Below are positions 37,131-50,766 of a DNA stretch of 64,000 bases, in pieces. This DNA comes from Octopus vulgaris (Eukaryota). Numbering within the stretch: the first letter of the stretch is position 1; each line of letters opens with the position of its first letter. The stretch covers positions 112,592,001 to 112,656,000 of the forward strand of contig OX597816.1 of the NCBI GenBank assembly GCA_951406725.2, in the 5' to 3' direction. Both the position numbers and the translations under genes were made by a program. Under the pieces are notes generated by a model. The model searched no databases and was not told where the DNA came from. It saw only the letters and a list, made by a program, of their open reading frames with translations.

Positions 37131-38294
37131 AAGATATAGATTTTAGTTTAAGTATAAATTTGTTAAATTTATATACTTTATTTATATGATTCCATGTTGA
37201 AATTGGGTTTTAATTTTTCAAGTGAGAAGAGGAGAAAAGAATCATCTACTAAACAATCAGCATTCTTCGTTGTTCAGTAATTTTTCATTTGTTTTCTTTC
37301 TTTTCTTTTTTTTATAGAACAAAACCAAACATGAATTCTTTGTGATCATTGCTATCAGAATATAAATAAGAGTGAAAACTCATTCATAGGTTTTGTTCTT
37401 AAATGAGGCAAGATATTTGCCAAATTCTGAAATTCTTAAAAGTTTGGAAGATTAGTGATTAAATTTCTTCATATATTAATTTTTTTCTTTTTTGTTTTCT
37501 TTTTTTCTTTTTCTTTTCTTTTTTTTTCTTTTTCTTTTTTTTTGGAACAATCAGACTTGAAGTAGAAAGCTATAAATAACAGCTTTTAAGTTTTAGGTTA
37601 AAATCACTTGGATAATAAAAGTCAAAAGCTACCTGTGGACAGTCCAAAGGATTTTTTTAAACCTAATATTTACATGCTATTATTTACAGCTTATCTACTT
37701 CAAGACCCAACATTCCAAAAGCAAATTATTTCATGTTCTCTTAAAGTTTAAACATTCTTATGACATCTTTGTATATATTTATATAAAATAAGATGAGATT
37801 TTCTGATATTAACTACCAGTATATTGCATCATTGTGGTTCACAGTAATAAGGACATGATCCATCTATATAATCCATGAAATGCAATAAACATGGTCAAAA
37901 TTCATGTAGGGTTGTGTGATATTGAATAATTTTACCAGTTATTAAGTTCACTGTCTTATCTTGGAAATATTATACATAGTAATATGGTCTCCTTCTCTCT
38001 GGAATTATTTTTAAAGGTGCTACTAAGCATGCTATCTCAGTTGTTAGTTCTTGGAATATGTTGGATCACTATATATAAGATACTTAGAATTAGGACATAT
38101 TTCAGTGTGTGTGTATGTCTATGTATGAGTGTGTATCTATATACATATATATATATATATAAAATATAAATTAAAAACAGTGTGATATCCTTTGTGTTCT
38201 GTTTTTAATTTATATTTGATATATTCTCTCACTTCTGCCACTATCCGGCGTATACAGGTGCTTACACTTATCAAGTATTCACTCTAAATTTATA

Positions 38295-38295
<1 letters not shown>

Positions 38296-38389
<94 letters not shown>
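38296..38389. repeat. Long (TA)n microsatellite
   Basis: Direct reading. Confidence 0.95.
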
Positions 38390-38391
<2 letters not shown>

Positions 38392-38589
38392 AGAGAAAGA
38401 GAGCAAACCAGTCTTTGCACATACAAGAATATACCATAAAGCACTTGTGTAAAACAATCATACAAGAAATTCATAGATAAACCTCATGAAGAGATGATTT
38501 TTTAATTCAGTCTAAAAATAATATTGAGAATATCTAATGAAGGTCAAAATAAAAAAAAAAAGGTTATCATTATCATGGGAGATTGGTGA

Positions 38590-39633
38590 AACCTATTTGT
38601 ACATTATTTATCTCTACTATATTTCAATTTCTGCCTTGGAAATAATGTAGCTTTTTAAAATAATGAATTAAAAATATCAAAGTAACCGAATTTAAAAGCT
38701 TCATATTTTCTCATGTGAAATGTACTTCAAAACTGCTTGTTCATGCAACTTGTACACTAATAGTGAGTCAGATATAGTACTGAACTCAACCTATAAAATA
38801 TTTTGTGATTTGTGCTGTTTTGCTGTGATTGATGACATGAGAAAAGAAGAACTTTGTTGTGATATACTTCATGCATTCATACTGTGTTATGCTTAACACA
38901 TTTGTGATATGCTTTAGACTAAATGAACTTTGCTGACATAAACTTGTTTCTTCAAATGTCAGTGAAGCATATACAGATAAGTTGGATATGAACATGCACA
39001 TTAGTGCAAAGTATATAAATGGAAATTGTAACAATTCGAAGATTACAGTCAATAAATTCTGATTAGTTTAGACAAATAATATGATGGACTTGATGGGGAA
39101 AAAATGTTTTATTACTTGTACAGTTAAAACCAATTTGCTGTATTCAACTGAGCTATGATAGTAATTCAATTCCATTCCAATCCATTGAGTCAACTCTAAA
39201 TTTTCCAAATTGCTAGAGGATTTATTTATAAATTCCAAAACAACTATCCAACCAGAGTTTACTTTCTTCAGCTGGATAAGAAATATACTTTTACAGGGAA
39301 GAAGCAAGAATTGATTGACTAACTAAAGATATTCACAGACAGAATGATATGGAATTATAATAGAGAAAATTGCAGTCAATGAAAGGCTAAAGAATATAAA
39401 CAGAGAAGCAAATCTCTTTAGATAGGTGTTCTGATGCAGATTGAGGAACAGCAACTAAGGCCAGGTAGAGAGTAAGTTGTTTAATCAAAATATAAATAAA
39501 TAGAAATATATAGGAATAAATATTTTGTCAGGAAACATTTCTTGAGAGAAACAGGAAATTTGATACTTTAAAGAGATTATGTGCATGAGCACATGTGTGA
39601 ATATATAGGTGTTTGTATGTGTGTGTGTTTATA

Positions 39634-39677
<44 letters not shown>

Positions 39678-41200
39678 CACACACACTTACATGTGTGTAT
39701 GTTTATATATACGCACGCATGTACATACACAGATACATACATATGTGTATGAGTGAGTGTAAATACACACACACACACACATATATATGTATGTATGTAT
39801 GTGTATATGTGCATGTATATATTTTTTTCACACCCTAAGAGGAATACTTATAGATTTTAAAGAACAACACACTTGACCATACTTGCATTCATTAAACAAG
39901 ATTCTTTCAAGCAGATTTTCTGTGACCAAATGCTCTTCCTGTTGCCGATCTTCACCTATTCCTAAGCAAGGTAACATATCACTTAGTACTTAAGAACATG
40001 TGCAGCCCAGTAACTAGACAGGCTTTCATAGAAGATTGCAAATGAACACTGATTTTATGATCATGACGTTTGTTTAGAATTACATAATGTCGAAACAAAG
40101 GAAAATACACACACACACAAAATCTGTATTTAAATGCTATCATAAAGGGAAAATAGAATTAAGAAGTGCAAGCTGAAATGCAAAATGAAGAATATAAAGG
40201 AATTTGGTTGGAAATTTCATGTCTAGGGCATAGATAGAAAGATTCAGATTGTCTAAAACTTCAGATAATGATAAGAATGAAAGGCTGAAAACACTGTGTG
40301 GATGGGTGAATGTGTGAGTGTGTGTGTGTGCATGTACACGTTTGCATGTGTGTGTGCGTGCACATATGTGTGTACATGTGCACATGTGTGTACGTGTGCA
40401 CAAGCATGCATGTGTGTGTGTATTAGACATCTATCTAGTTTATTGTTTATTCAGTTGCCTTGCCTCTAGATAAAACCTTGTTCTATCCATTTCAAAGATT
40501 TTCCTGAACATCAGCTCTTGTCACTTTCAATATAATCTCTGGACTGTAGATATTCTCTTGTACCAGTTATTGTTAGTAGTTTTATTCTCCTCTTATTTCT
40601 ACTGTGATTGATTATTCAGATATCTCGGATGCTCTTTTCTTTTTCTCCTTTTTTTATTTCTTTTTCTCTTATTTTCTTGTTCTTATTCTTCATCTTCGTC
40701 TTCGTACTATTGTAGTTAGAATTCATCTTAGTTATTTGTTTCAGACAAGAGTGAATATTGATGCAAAGTTTTTCACATTTCCTTACACTGATGGCAAAAT
40801 CCCATATTTTTCTTTTCTATCTGATTTCTTACTCAGTTTTACTTTAATGCTTCATTGTATCATACCATCTTCCTAATCTCTTCATTTGTAGAACTAACTT
40901 ACCTTTCTTTCTCTTTAATTTTTTTTTACTTGGAGTCTCTCATGTACTTAGATTAAGTTGCTATATTATGCAATCAAAATCTTTTAATGATTTTTCTTCT
41001 ATATATTTACTTTCACAGTTGATGTATATGTTTGGGTGGTTGGGTGTTTTCAATTGTATGTTTGTGACAGACAATCCTATAAATAATGCCATTTTCTATA
41101 AACATAAAATTTAAATATTCCTGTTTAGATTTTCTACAAAAATCGTATGTAGAGGAATATTCATAAAGTCCTTTTATATATTGATAATTAATGTTTATCT
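38590..41200 (+). pseudogene. Decayed LRR gene(s) 14
   Basis: YLYIILSLLYFNFCLG (signal-like); KC/TACSCNLY..YKIFCD (38732); LLEDLFINS (~39209); NIDAKFF; IMQSKSFNDFSSIYLL (~40965); VTDNPI..KIVCRG. Confidence 0.5.
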
Positions 41201-41469
41201 CCACTTAAGTATAGGTGTTCTTTAAGAATAGACAATACTGCTATTTTAACCCCAGGTGGATGCTTCCTCCAGTTGGCTATTCGGTGTGCTTTGCACTCGA
41301 TAAATATTGCAAGTAGGGTGACAAGTAAAATAGTGTTCTGTGAAAATTCATTTTTATAATGATGTGTTGATTTTTTTTATCCAATAAGTATGTGTTGTTT
41401 CATTCTTTTTCAGTTAAGATATTGATTCCTTTAAATCTAGATTTATATTTCAAAAAATGAATCAGTGAT

Positions 41470-41697
41470 CCTTCTTGAGCCATAGGCTGATTAATCCTGG
41501 ATTCTGTGGTGTATATCTCTTCCCCTTCACTCGAGACACCTGTCTGCCATAAGATTATTCATTTTTGCCAGGCAAGTGAAGTGCAGCAAGTGAAACAAAA
41601 TGTTTTGCTCAAGGACATAATACATCATTCAGTGCAAGAATCGAAACCACAATCTTACAAACATGAGTGCAACACCCTAACCATTAAGCCACATGCT
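41470..41697 (-). mobile_element. SINE family B
   Basis: Homologous to 44100-44323. Confidence 0.75.
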
Positions 41698-41719
41698 ACC
41701 ATAGATTTACATTCACTCC

Positions 41720-42040
41720 TTGGAAATAGTGGCATCAGTTATAATCTGTGAATATTGAAGGATGGGTTGATATTTCATAGATACTTACCATTAATCTTGC
41801 AGAAGACTGTATTCGCACCATGCTACATTGATTGATATTCAATATATCTTTGTTCTGGGGAAATTATCGTTTTCATTGAAGTGCTCTTATTGTTTTAGAT
41901 ATTTGGTCTGCTATTAAACACAATATCAAACTACCAGGAACAACTTTGAAGAATGTTTTACCTCTTATAAAAGTTTAATTCGAAATAAAAGAAATGGAAT
42001 ATTTCGAAGTTCATTTCATAGGTTGACGTAACTTTACCAC
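41720..42040 (+). pseudogene. Decayed LRR gene 15 (paralog of 42990-43300)
   Basis: VIICEY; YLPLILQK; IFGLLLNTIS/KLPGTTLKNVLPLIK/SLIRNKRNGIFRSSFHRLT*LYH keeps the 24-residue LRR register. Confidence 0.7.
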
Positions 42041-42100
42041 ACTTTTTATGAGTGTCTATGAGTGTGTGTGTGTGTACATAATTTTATCTTTATCTTCTCT

Positions 42101-42291
42101 TATTTACTTGTACCAGTCATTGGACTGCAGCCTTGAAGGGTTTCTTGAACAAACCAACATGAGTACTTACTTTATAAACTGCTCCTTAATCTGTTGGTAA
42201 TTTTTTCAAACGACTAAGTTATGGTGGTGTAAACAAACCAGTACCAGTTATCAAGTGGTGTTTAGGAAAGAAATACAACATAAATACAAAG

Positions 42292-42339
<48 letters not shown>

Positions 42340-42476
42340 GATGGGCTACTTTCAGTTTGTGTGCTAAATATATCCACTAGGCTTTGGTCAGCCCAGGGCT
42401 TGTAGAAGTTGCTGTGCAGGGGGACTGAACTTGAAACCACATGGTTGGGAAGCAAGCTTCTTAACTAAACAGCCAT
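42101..42476 (-). mobile_element. SINE family A, diverged
   Basis: Reverse-complement homology to family A. Confidence 0.8.
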
Positions 42477-42924
42477 ATGTACATGTATGTGCACATGCAC
42501 ACACACATATCTATTCATGTGTGTATCTACACTGTGTGTGTGTGTGTAGAGAGAGAGAGACAGGCAGACAGAAACAGATATTAATAGATATTTTTGTATT
42601 CATATATGAAGTACAAACACTTTGTGTATCTTTTGTATAATAGTTGATGTTAATTCATTTTAAAAACCTAATCTATGTTGGCATCAATTATAGTTAAAAA
42701 TTTTTGATATGTGACTTTGTACAATAGTGAAAATGTAATTAATACTGGAAATCATTACCACTTTGCTATGAATATAAATTTTGGATAAACAGATCACAAA
42801 TCCTGCAACATATATACAATTTTGTTTCTAAAAATCACGTTTCATATGAATTGTGTCTTTAAACTTGAAGCTAATTGATTGTCTCTCTCACACATGCGAT
42901 TTTGAGACGTTCATCACTGCTGCA

Positions 42925-44339
42925 TGCTAAAAGTGTTTGCACTGATGTTCTAGCCCTTCAGTAATACTAATGGCATGATGAGGTAAGACTTGTGTGCCTA
43001 GGTAACAGTTATATTCTATGAATCTTGAATGGTGAGTTGGAAATTCATAGATGCTAAACATTAAATTTGTGGAGATGTTCATCCAAATCATGCTATTGTA
43101 GTAGAGGTTTTAAAATATATCTTCATACTTGGAAAATTACTGTTTACAGTGAAGTGGTTTCATTGCTTTATTGTTTTAGATATTTGATCGAATATTAAAT
43201 CCAATATCTGACTACCATGAAAATATTTGAAAAATGTGTTCCTTTTTTTATAAGAGATTAATTCAAATCAAAAGAGATAAAATATTCCCTGTTCTTTCTA
43301 TGGTGTATTGTTATAGTTGAATGGCTTGCATGTAAGAAAGAAAAGCTTGCTAAAATGTTGGTGAAAATTATCCCGTTCCTTGATAGTATGAATATGGTGT
43401 TGGTACTAAAAGTTTTGTGATCTACAGTTGTAAGTTTATGGAGAGAAATTGCTGGAATACAAACTGTATGTAAAATATATATATTCATCTATGGCCATAT
43501 CACATTGAAATAACCAGTTCACAATCAATCACTAATATTAAACAACATTGTGATTAGCTATCTTTATCTTGACATCACATGATTGTGGTAAATGGATTGC
43601 ATTCATTACCAATATTCTGTGTAAACATGCCTGGCTTTAGTTTGAAACAAGTAAGGGTTTAACAATAGAAAATATCTCTTAATAAATTAACCCATTCAAG
43701 TATAGAAAAGTATAGAAAATTAACCCATGCAAGTATAGAAAAGTTCATCATGGTCATTTTAATGACCATGATGTATGGCAGCTATTTTTCAGAAATTTTA
43801 AAGGAAAAAAACATTCACTGTTCAACTTAATGTAATCAGACTTAATGACATTCCACACCATTCCAGACAGATGAAAAAGAAAATCAAACAAATAAGTAAA
43901 GATAATTAAAAATTGAAAAAAAAAAGGTTTATATCAATTCATCTAAAAAAATGTGAGATCAAGTTCTCAGAAAAAAATGTGAGATCAAGTTCTTAGAAAT
44001 CTAAATTGATATATATATATATATACTTTTAGTTTCAGGTCAGAGCTGCGGCCATGCTGATGCACCGCCGTTGAAATAAATGCACCCTTTTAAAGCCTAG
44101 TCAGGCTCATAAGCCCAGTTTCCTGGTTTCAATGGCGTGTGTGTTCCTCAGCCGGACAGGGCGCCAGTACAACCCAGCGTTACTCATTTTAGCCAGCTGA
44201 GTGGACTGGAGCAACATGAAATGAAGTGCTTTGCTCAAGAACACAACATGTCGCTTAGTCCAGGAATCGAAACCACAATCTTATGATCATGATGCTAACA
44301 CCCTAACCACTAAGTCACATGCCAGCCCTAAGGCTTTGG

Positions 44340-44385
<46 letters not shown>

Positions 44386-44749
44386 TGCTAAAATCATAGT
44401 CTGTTGAACTGGATATTCTATGTTTATTGTTGTTCTGTAACTTATTGATCTGAGTCCAAATTTTATCTGGTTTGTTTTTCTGATTTCTTTACATTTGATA
44501 GAATAAGTATCAGTAACACACTAATAGTATTACAAACAACTATTTCTTATTCCATGCAAAAATTAATCAAAAATTGAGATGAACAAAATTCTATACTTGT
44601 TATTGCACGGTTACTGACAAGGCACACTATCACCATAGCTTTTGGGTGGACCAATATCTTATGAGTGAAACTTGGTTGATGAAATATGTATGAAATCCCA
44701 TTTGGACTGTGTGTGTGTATGTAGAAAGATAGATACATAAACACACATC

Positions 44750-44793
<44 letters not shown>

Positions 44794-46130
44794 TACACAC
44801 ATATACTAATGATCCATATATGTGTGTGTGTATGTATTTCACCAGAATATATCGGCAATAAAAGTAAAAACTAATATTTTATGAATAAAGCCCTCTTAAA
44901 TATTTATTCAGGCACTCCCCTGTCTCACTTGCAGTCAGAAATGCAGTGAACTATTGATTGGCCTGCTGGAAACTTGTATCCAAAGCTTGTATCCATTATT
45001 CTCCAACTACTTTATAAAATAAATAAATATATAAATAAATAAAATAATAGTACAGCTTCCTTGTGTACCTGATTTTTTTTTCCTTAACTCAACTTTGTGT
45101 TTGTATACACATCTATTTATGAACTTAGTTTGGAAGCTGCATATTGTAATATATAACATCTTTGTAAGAGAACTTTACCCAACAGGTTTGTAAAAAAAAT
45201 GGTGTGTTTTTTAAATAAATGTATAAAAACATATTTTAGAAAATATCAGTCAACAAAATTTTAAATAATTCTCGGAAAAATAACGATGATATTTGTCAAA
45301 TGCATTGGGAAAACAAAAATTTTCCAAGTAATGGATTTTAAGAATCTATTAACCGAAGCCATTTACTTCCATACAAATTTGCCTCTTTTCTATTGACAAA
45401 TATTGAAAGGAGTGTACCTCCTACTGTATTGATACTCTGATTTAACCAATGCAACTGTAATGTTCTCATGTTTATGGTGCATTCATCAAAATACAAGAAA
45501 AACTGTTTATATAGGCATTTTTAAGCTTCAGTTTCATTGATATTCTTCTTGTGATTTATCTATAAACTTGACTTAAGACTACACGGAGAAGTGTTCTGAA
45601 TTCTTATTGATTTTATTTAATGTGCTTCAATAAAGAACGTCTGTTAACATATTTCTAAATATTCATCTTTAATTTCTTTGTAACCTTTCCCAGCACTATA
45701 TTTTGATAAGTCCATGGTAGGTTACACATATACTATTGACATTAACAAGAATTTATCTGCTAAATTTATACTGCTCTAACCTTTGACAAGACAGTGGTAT
45801 TTAAAACTTTGTCATCACTTTAACATGCAAAGTTCTGAAGTTTGTTCTGATTACTAAACACAGAGAAACATTTCTAAATCATTATTCAATCAAATTTGGA
45901 ACTTCTTTTGAGAATTCAGACATCCATATTCTTTTGCAATTTATGGTGGTTCTACAAATGACCTTTCAGCTATGATTCTTATCTTTGTTTGAGCCATTTG
46001 TCTGGTGTCCAGTTACATAATAGTTTTATTCATATAAAATTTACCGAGAAAGCTTTAATGTAATGGAGCTGTGCCACTAGATATTCATTTTACTTGGTAA
46101 GCAAATCAGTGAAAATTTAATTTAACTAAA
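42925..46130 (+). pseudogene. Decayed LRR gene(s) 16 with LRRCT
   Basis: MLKVFALMF; IFDRILNPIS/LP*KYLKNV; LENISQQNFK*FSEK*R*YLSN (~45236); FPSNGF; VFKTLSSL*H (~45797); ISKSLFNQIWN; QL*FLSLFEPFVWC (~45967); CAT/LLGKQISE (~46070-46112). Confidence 0.7.
44026..44323 (-). mobile_element. SINE family B with LINE-like tail
   Basis: Minus-strand head GTGACTTAGTGGTTAGG..GGTTTCGATTCC; tail CGGTGCATCAGCATGGCCGCAGCTCTGACCTGAAAC. Confidence 0.85.
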
Positions 46131-47186
46131 ACATCTTTCTTATTTCCTTTCAGTAAGGTATTGTAAATAAACAAAACTGAATTATGTAATTTTATTATAT
46201 TCAGCTTTAATGGTTTTTTTCTTCTTTCTTTCTGAATTCTTGCTTATTTCCACTGAACTAAGTTATAAATTCTCTTTTGGCAATACTGTGACAAAAGAAT
46301 GGCTTATCTTGTATATTAAGCATTTTGTGAAATGCATTTAGCCAATCATAACCGAGAGAACTGCACATGCATTCCATACTGTAAGCACTGTAGATTTCAA
46401 TAAATGTCATTCTGACTTTCACTCAATTGTTTTATTTTTTATATATATAGACACGGATCTTCAGATTTATTAGGTAGGGGAGAGAAATAGGAAGTTGTGA
46501 TGTACTTTCGTCTTGGATCTGAGAGTGTAGTGAATGAGACAATTTAAATTGCCACTTGATAATAATTGAGCTGATCAGGGAGGGATTATTCTGATTAGAT
46601 ATCTTGGTAAATTTAACTCTTTGTGGAATAATTTTAACTGTCATTTGGTTATGTATTGATTATATTAGATATATTTTGTTTTGTTCAGCTATTGATTATT
46701 ATTATAATAATTCTCATTCTATGAATAATTTTGATCTCTTTTGCTATATGTATATTAGCTATTATTATAAAAGAATCCATCATGTTGTTCCTTAATCAAT
46801 TCTAATTTCCCCCAAGATAATTAAACTTATGTTAAGAGAAAGTGAATAAATTGCCAAGATATTTTCACCCATGAGAAATAGGAAGAATTATCAGCTTTGC
46901 CAATAAAAAATGTTGAGCTTGAATTTTAAATTCCTAGGGAAAAGAATTAAAAGCATGTTTAATAGTATCCCAAATCTTAAATTTGGAATAAATTATTGAA
47001 TGCTGGTTTCATAATTTCTCCTATTAACTCTCTATTTTCCATTTTCCCCTTCCTTAATGTTACCAAATTTTTATATTGTTAATGTTAAGATGCTTAACAG
47101 TTTTGTTTTCTTTTAAAACTATCTCCAACCAGAATTATGTCAGTTCATTTGATAGGAAAATTCACCTCTCTTCCTTCTCTACATAA

Positions 47187-47231
<45 letters not shown>

Positions 47232-48339
47232 CAGTTTTTTTTTTACCTATTAAAATTGAGTAGACATCATCATTATCATTTAACGTCCATGTTTCATGCT
47301 GGCATGGGTTGGATAATTTGACAGGATTTGATGTGTCCAAGGACTGCATTGAGTTTCACTGTCTGCTTTGACATGACTTTTATGGCTAGATGCCATAACA
47401 CTAACCACTTTACAATGTTGTTGGCATTAGGAAGACAATGTACAAGCAACAAGCAGATGAGTTATTTTTCATCTAAAGTCAGATATTATTCAAATTTTCT
47501 CCAGTTTACATAGTTTCTTTATCTGTTTACTAATCAGACTCTCAAATATCCTTGTTCACTGGCTGCAATGCTTTTCCATTCTTCCCTAGATTTTACCATT
47601 CTCTTCCAAAATTGTTTGACTAAGCCCTCTTCATATTAATTTATATGTCTTGATTTTGTGGATACTACTTGACAACTGTATGGGTGGGTAGTCTGTGAAT
47701 CTTGAGACATGTCCAGCCCGGCAAAACTTGCATTTTCAGTATTTTGTGATAATGTCATTCAGTTCACTACATTCTCAACTTATTTTTGTATCATACTTCA
47801 TCTTAGAAGCACCAAAATTTTTACTTTCAATATGCCTTTTTTTTTTTAACTACTTAAAGAGAGGACAAAGAGTAGCACATATAATCTTTCACATATCCTC
47901 AGTGTCTGGTGATAGGAAGAGAGAAAATTATCCTCAGGCCAGAAGCTATGAAGTAAACTATACTTAAGCCATCTGCTTGCCTGGAGGTAACATTAAACTG
48001 AATGATGGATTAAGTCTATCATGCAAAATAAAGAACTTTTGATTGGATTCCATACAGTTTCTGTAAGCCAAATTTCAGTCACAAAGCTTTGGTAAATCTG
48101 TGGTTATGGTAGATAACATTTTACCAAAACACCATGCTGTGGGATTGAACTCACAGTCAAATAGTTGCAAAACAAATTTCTTAATAACAGATCTATTTGT
48201 GTCCATTTCTTAAATAGATGTATAACAGTGTGTATATATGTGTGTGTTTAAATCTTTATTTGGTTATAGAAATATGAGGATAAACTATATATCATAATTA
48301 AAATACATTACTGATTGCATTTTTATGTTCTTTTTACAG

Positions 48340-48800
48340 AAATTTTTTAAATTAATTCAGAATAAAGATTCTTATTCAAGTGATTTAAGTATAATGGTTT
48401 GTGTAATATATAACCTTTTACTTTGAATAGTAGACAGTTTGAACAGAGAAAGTTATATGTACTGTCAACAGAGAAAGGAAATGCTAATTCGTATTCACAA
48501 TCCAGATTAATTTTATGGCTATGAAACATAGTCTGTAAGATCTGATACTTTTGCAACAATCATTTTCATCAAACCAGAATAGTGTATAAAATTTATTGTT
48601 TGGGAAATATTTATATGGTCTAATCTTGAATTATTGTGTCTTTTACTCAACATCGTTTGATAACAGAAGCTATTTACATATTCTGTATGAATAGGCTTAC
48701 TGCATATGTTTGTTCTTGTTCTTCTTAAATAACATCAGTGAATGACTTATTAATAACCTATGGATTGCATGAATTTCGCACTTATTTTGACTGACTTAAT
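48340..48800 (+). pseudogene. Decayed LRR gene 17
   Basis: LNSRQFEQRKLYVL; AMKHSL*DLILL/NNHF; MNRLTAY; LNNISE*LINNLW. Confidence 0.5.
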
Positions 48801-49522
48801 TTCTCATTATCGCATGAGCACATAAAGGCAGAGAAGTAGTGATAATAGTAAGATGTGGCAAGATATAAGTCTTAAAATATGCAAAAACTTGTCTGCATTC
48901 CATGTTAAATCTTGTTGCTATTACCTCATACTTCTATATCAATAAATTACATATCAGTTATGTACTGGAATTGATTCAGTTTTACTATACCTTTAAAATG
49001 CATGATGGTCTTTTGCCAGTAAAAGTCTTTATAGTATTTAGATCATTACATCATTGTTCTATATTCAAATTCTGCCAATGTTTTCTAATGTTTTTAATCT
49101 TGTGGATCAATAAAAATATGATCATGTAAATAATATTTGATTAATTGTATTGAATATTCTTTACACTGCAAATACAGATGTGTATAAGAAATCATTATTT
49201 TTATATATATTCATGTCATGCTCTCATCAATATTTGGTGCATTGATAGCAAATCAAGCACTTGCACAAGGATTCCCAAGGCATAGTCTTTGAGCTACAAT
49301 GAATTTAGTGTTTATCTTTAAATAATATCAACAAGCACCTGGTATTTAATTAAGTATGTGCTGGTATGGATGGTGAGTTTTTGAAGGTAATATGAATTTC
49401 CCTATGCAGTAACTTGAACATGTGTCTTCTGACAGTTTCCAGTAAATCAATATCTTGCTAGTGGAATTAGATGAGTAGAAACTGTGAAGAACTTGTCATA
49501 TATATGTGCTAAGGTATAGATA

Positions 49523-49750
49523 TATTTCTTTACTACCCACAAGGGACTAAACATAGAGGGGACAAACAAGGACAGACAAACGGATTAAGTCTATTACATC
49601 GACCCCAGTGCATAACTAGTACTTAATTTATCGACCCCAAATGGATGAAAGGCAAAGTTGACCTCGGCGGAATTTGAACTCAGAACATAACGGCAGACGA
49701 AATACGGCTACGCATTTTGCCCAGCTTGCTAACGATTCTGCCAGCTCGCC
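49523..49750 (-). mobile_element. Young SINE family C with 14-bp TSD
   Basis: Minus strand GGCGAGCTGGCAGAATCGTTAGC..GAGTTCAAATTCCGCCGAGGTCAACTTTGCCTTTCATCC..GGGTCGATAAATTAAGTAC; direct repeat CTAAGGTATAGATA at 49509 and 49751. Confidence 0.92.
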
Positions 49751-50179
49751 CTAAGGTATAGATAAATAAATAGATAAATGGTTGGATGTTTACAGCTTTT
49801 ACTAATAATGTCTAATGATGAAGGATGTAAACTAATGCTCAATGGTGATGGATGTCAACGTTCTGGTACCTTTTCAACAAAATCTTTTAGTGAGTTACTG
49901 GTACTCCCTTCTCACTCTTGCCAACAGAAATGCAGAGATCAGCACATTAGACACTTGTAACCAACAATACTATTGTTCAGGAATCTCTGTAATAAGTATC
50001 AGCAAAATATGTGTCATATATTAATGCTATTCATATGTTTGCTGTATAGTACTGCAACAGCCTGAATGAATATTGAAGAAGTTTTTATGTTGCCAATTGT
50101 GAAATAATATTTTTTTATTCTAAACTTCTTTCTATTAGATCTCTTAATTGTAGCTTCAATATGTTTGTGACACTCAAAG

Positions 50180-50732
50180 TCATGCCGATGAGAAATGGCA
50201 CCCCAGGCTAAAGAAGGTCTTCACCCACGTAAGGTGTTGTTATCTCTTTGGTGGGAAATGAAAGGTTTAGTCCGCTTCGAACTTTTAAACACAAACCAAA
50301 CAATAATGAAAGAGATCTACTGTGAGCAGCTTAAGTCAGCACTAGAAGAAAAGTGACCATCTTTGATTTCAAGATGAAAGGTGTTCTTGCATCAGGATAA
50401 TGCTTGGCCACATACAGTGAGGATGACATTCCAAAGGCTGGAGCAGTTTGAATGGGAAATGATGCTCCACCTACCACATTTGCTGGACATTTCCCCATCT
50501 GATTATCATTTACTCCACAGCCTTCAAAATCAGTTGGACAGAAAAAATATGAATTCCGTAGACGCGGTTAGAATAGAATTGGAGGAGTATTTTTCATCAT
50601 GGTATTTTTCCAGATAAATGGAAGAGCATTGTAGCAAATGAAGGAGTGTATATTTTAGATTAAAAAAGAACTTTATCTTAATTTTGAAAAATAAAAGAAA
50701 TGTAAAAAAAACCACATTATTTATGGGATGAC

Positions 50733-50738
<6 letters not shown>
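50180..50738 (+). mobile_element. Mariner transposon relic (3' half of transposase + right TIR)
   Basis: LHPRKVLLSLWWEMKG..FELL..YCEQL; HQDNAWPH with the next catalytic D 34 residues later (SPSDYHL, D34D); in-frame stops; TIR CCACATTATTTATGGGATGACCCAA followed by TA. Confidence 0.92.

Positions 50739-50766
<28 letters not shown>

Noticed and set aside
38927-38968. Hairpin CTTTGCTGACAT/ATGTCAGTGAAG
   Set aside because: Short, depends on G-U pairs, and is expected by chance in AT-rich DNA
38271-40430. ORFs rich in YI/CV/HT
   Set aside because: Translations of (TA)n, (TG)n and (CA)n microsatellites
41898-43230. Mutually exclusive exons after TTATTGTTTTAG
   Set aside because: Homology extends well upstream of the AG, no matching donors, and all frames stop
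46604-46795. TIR domain start (FDLF..ISY)
   Set aside because: Low-complexity AT-rich sequence with no further TIR boxes
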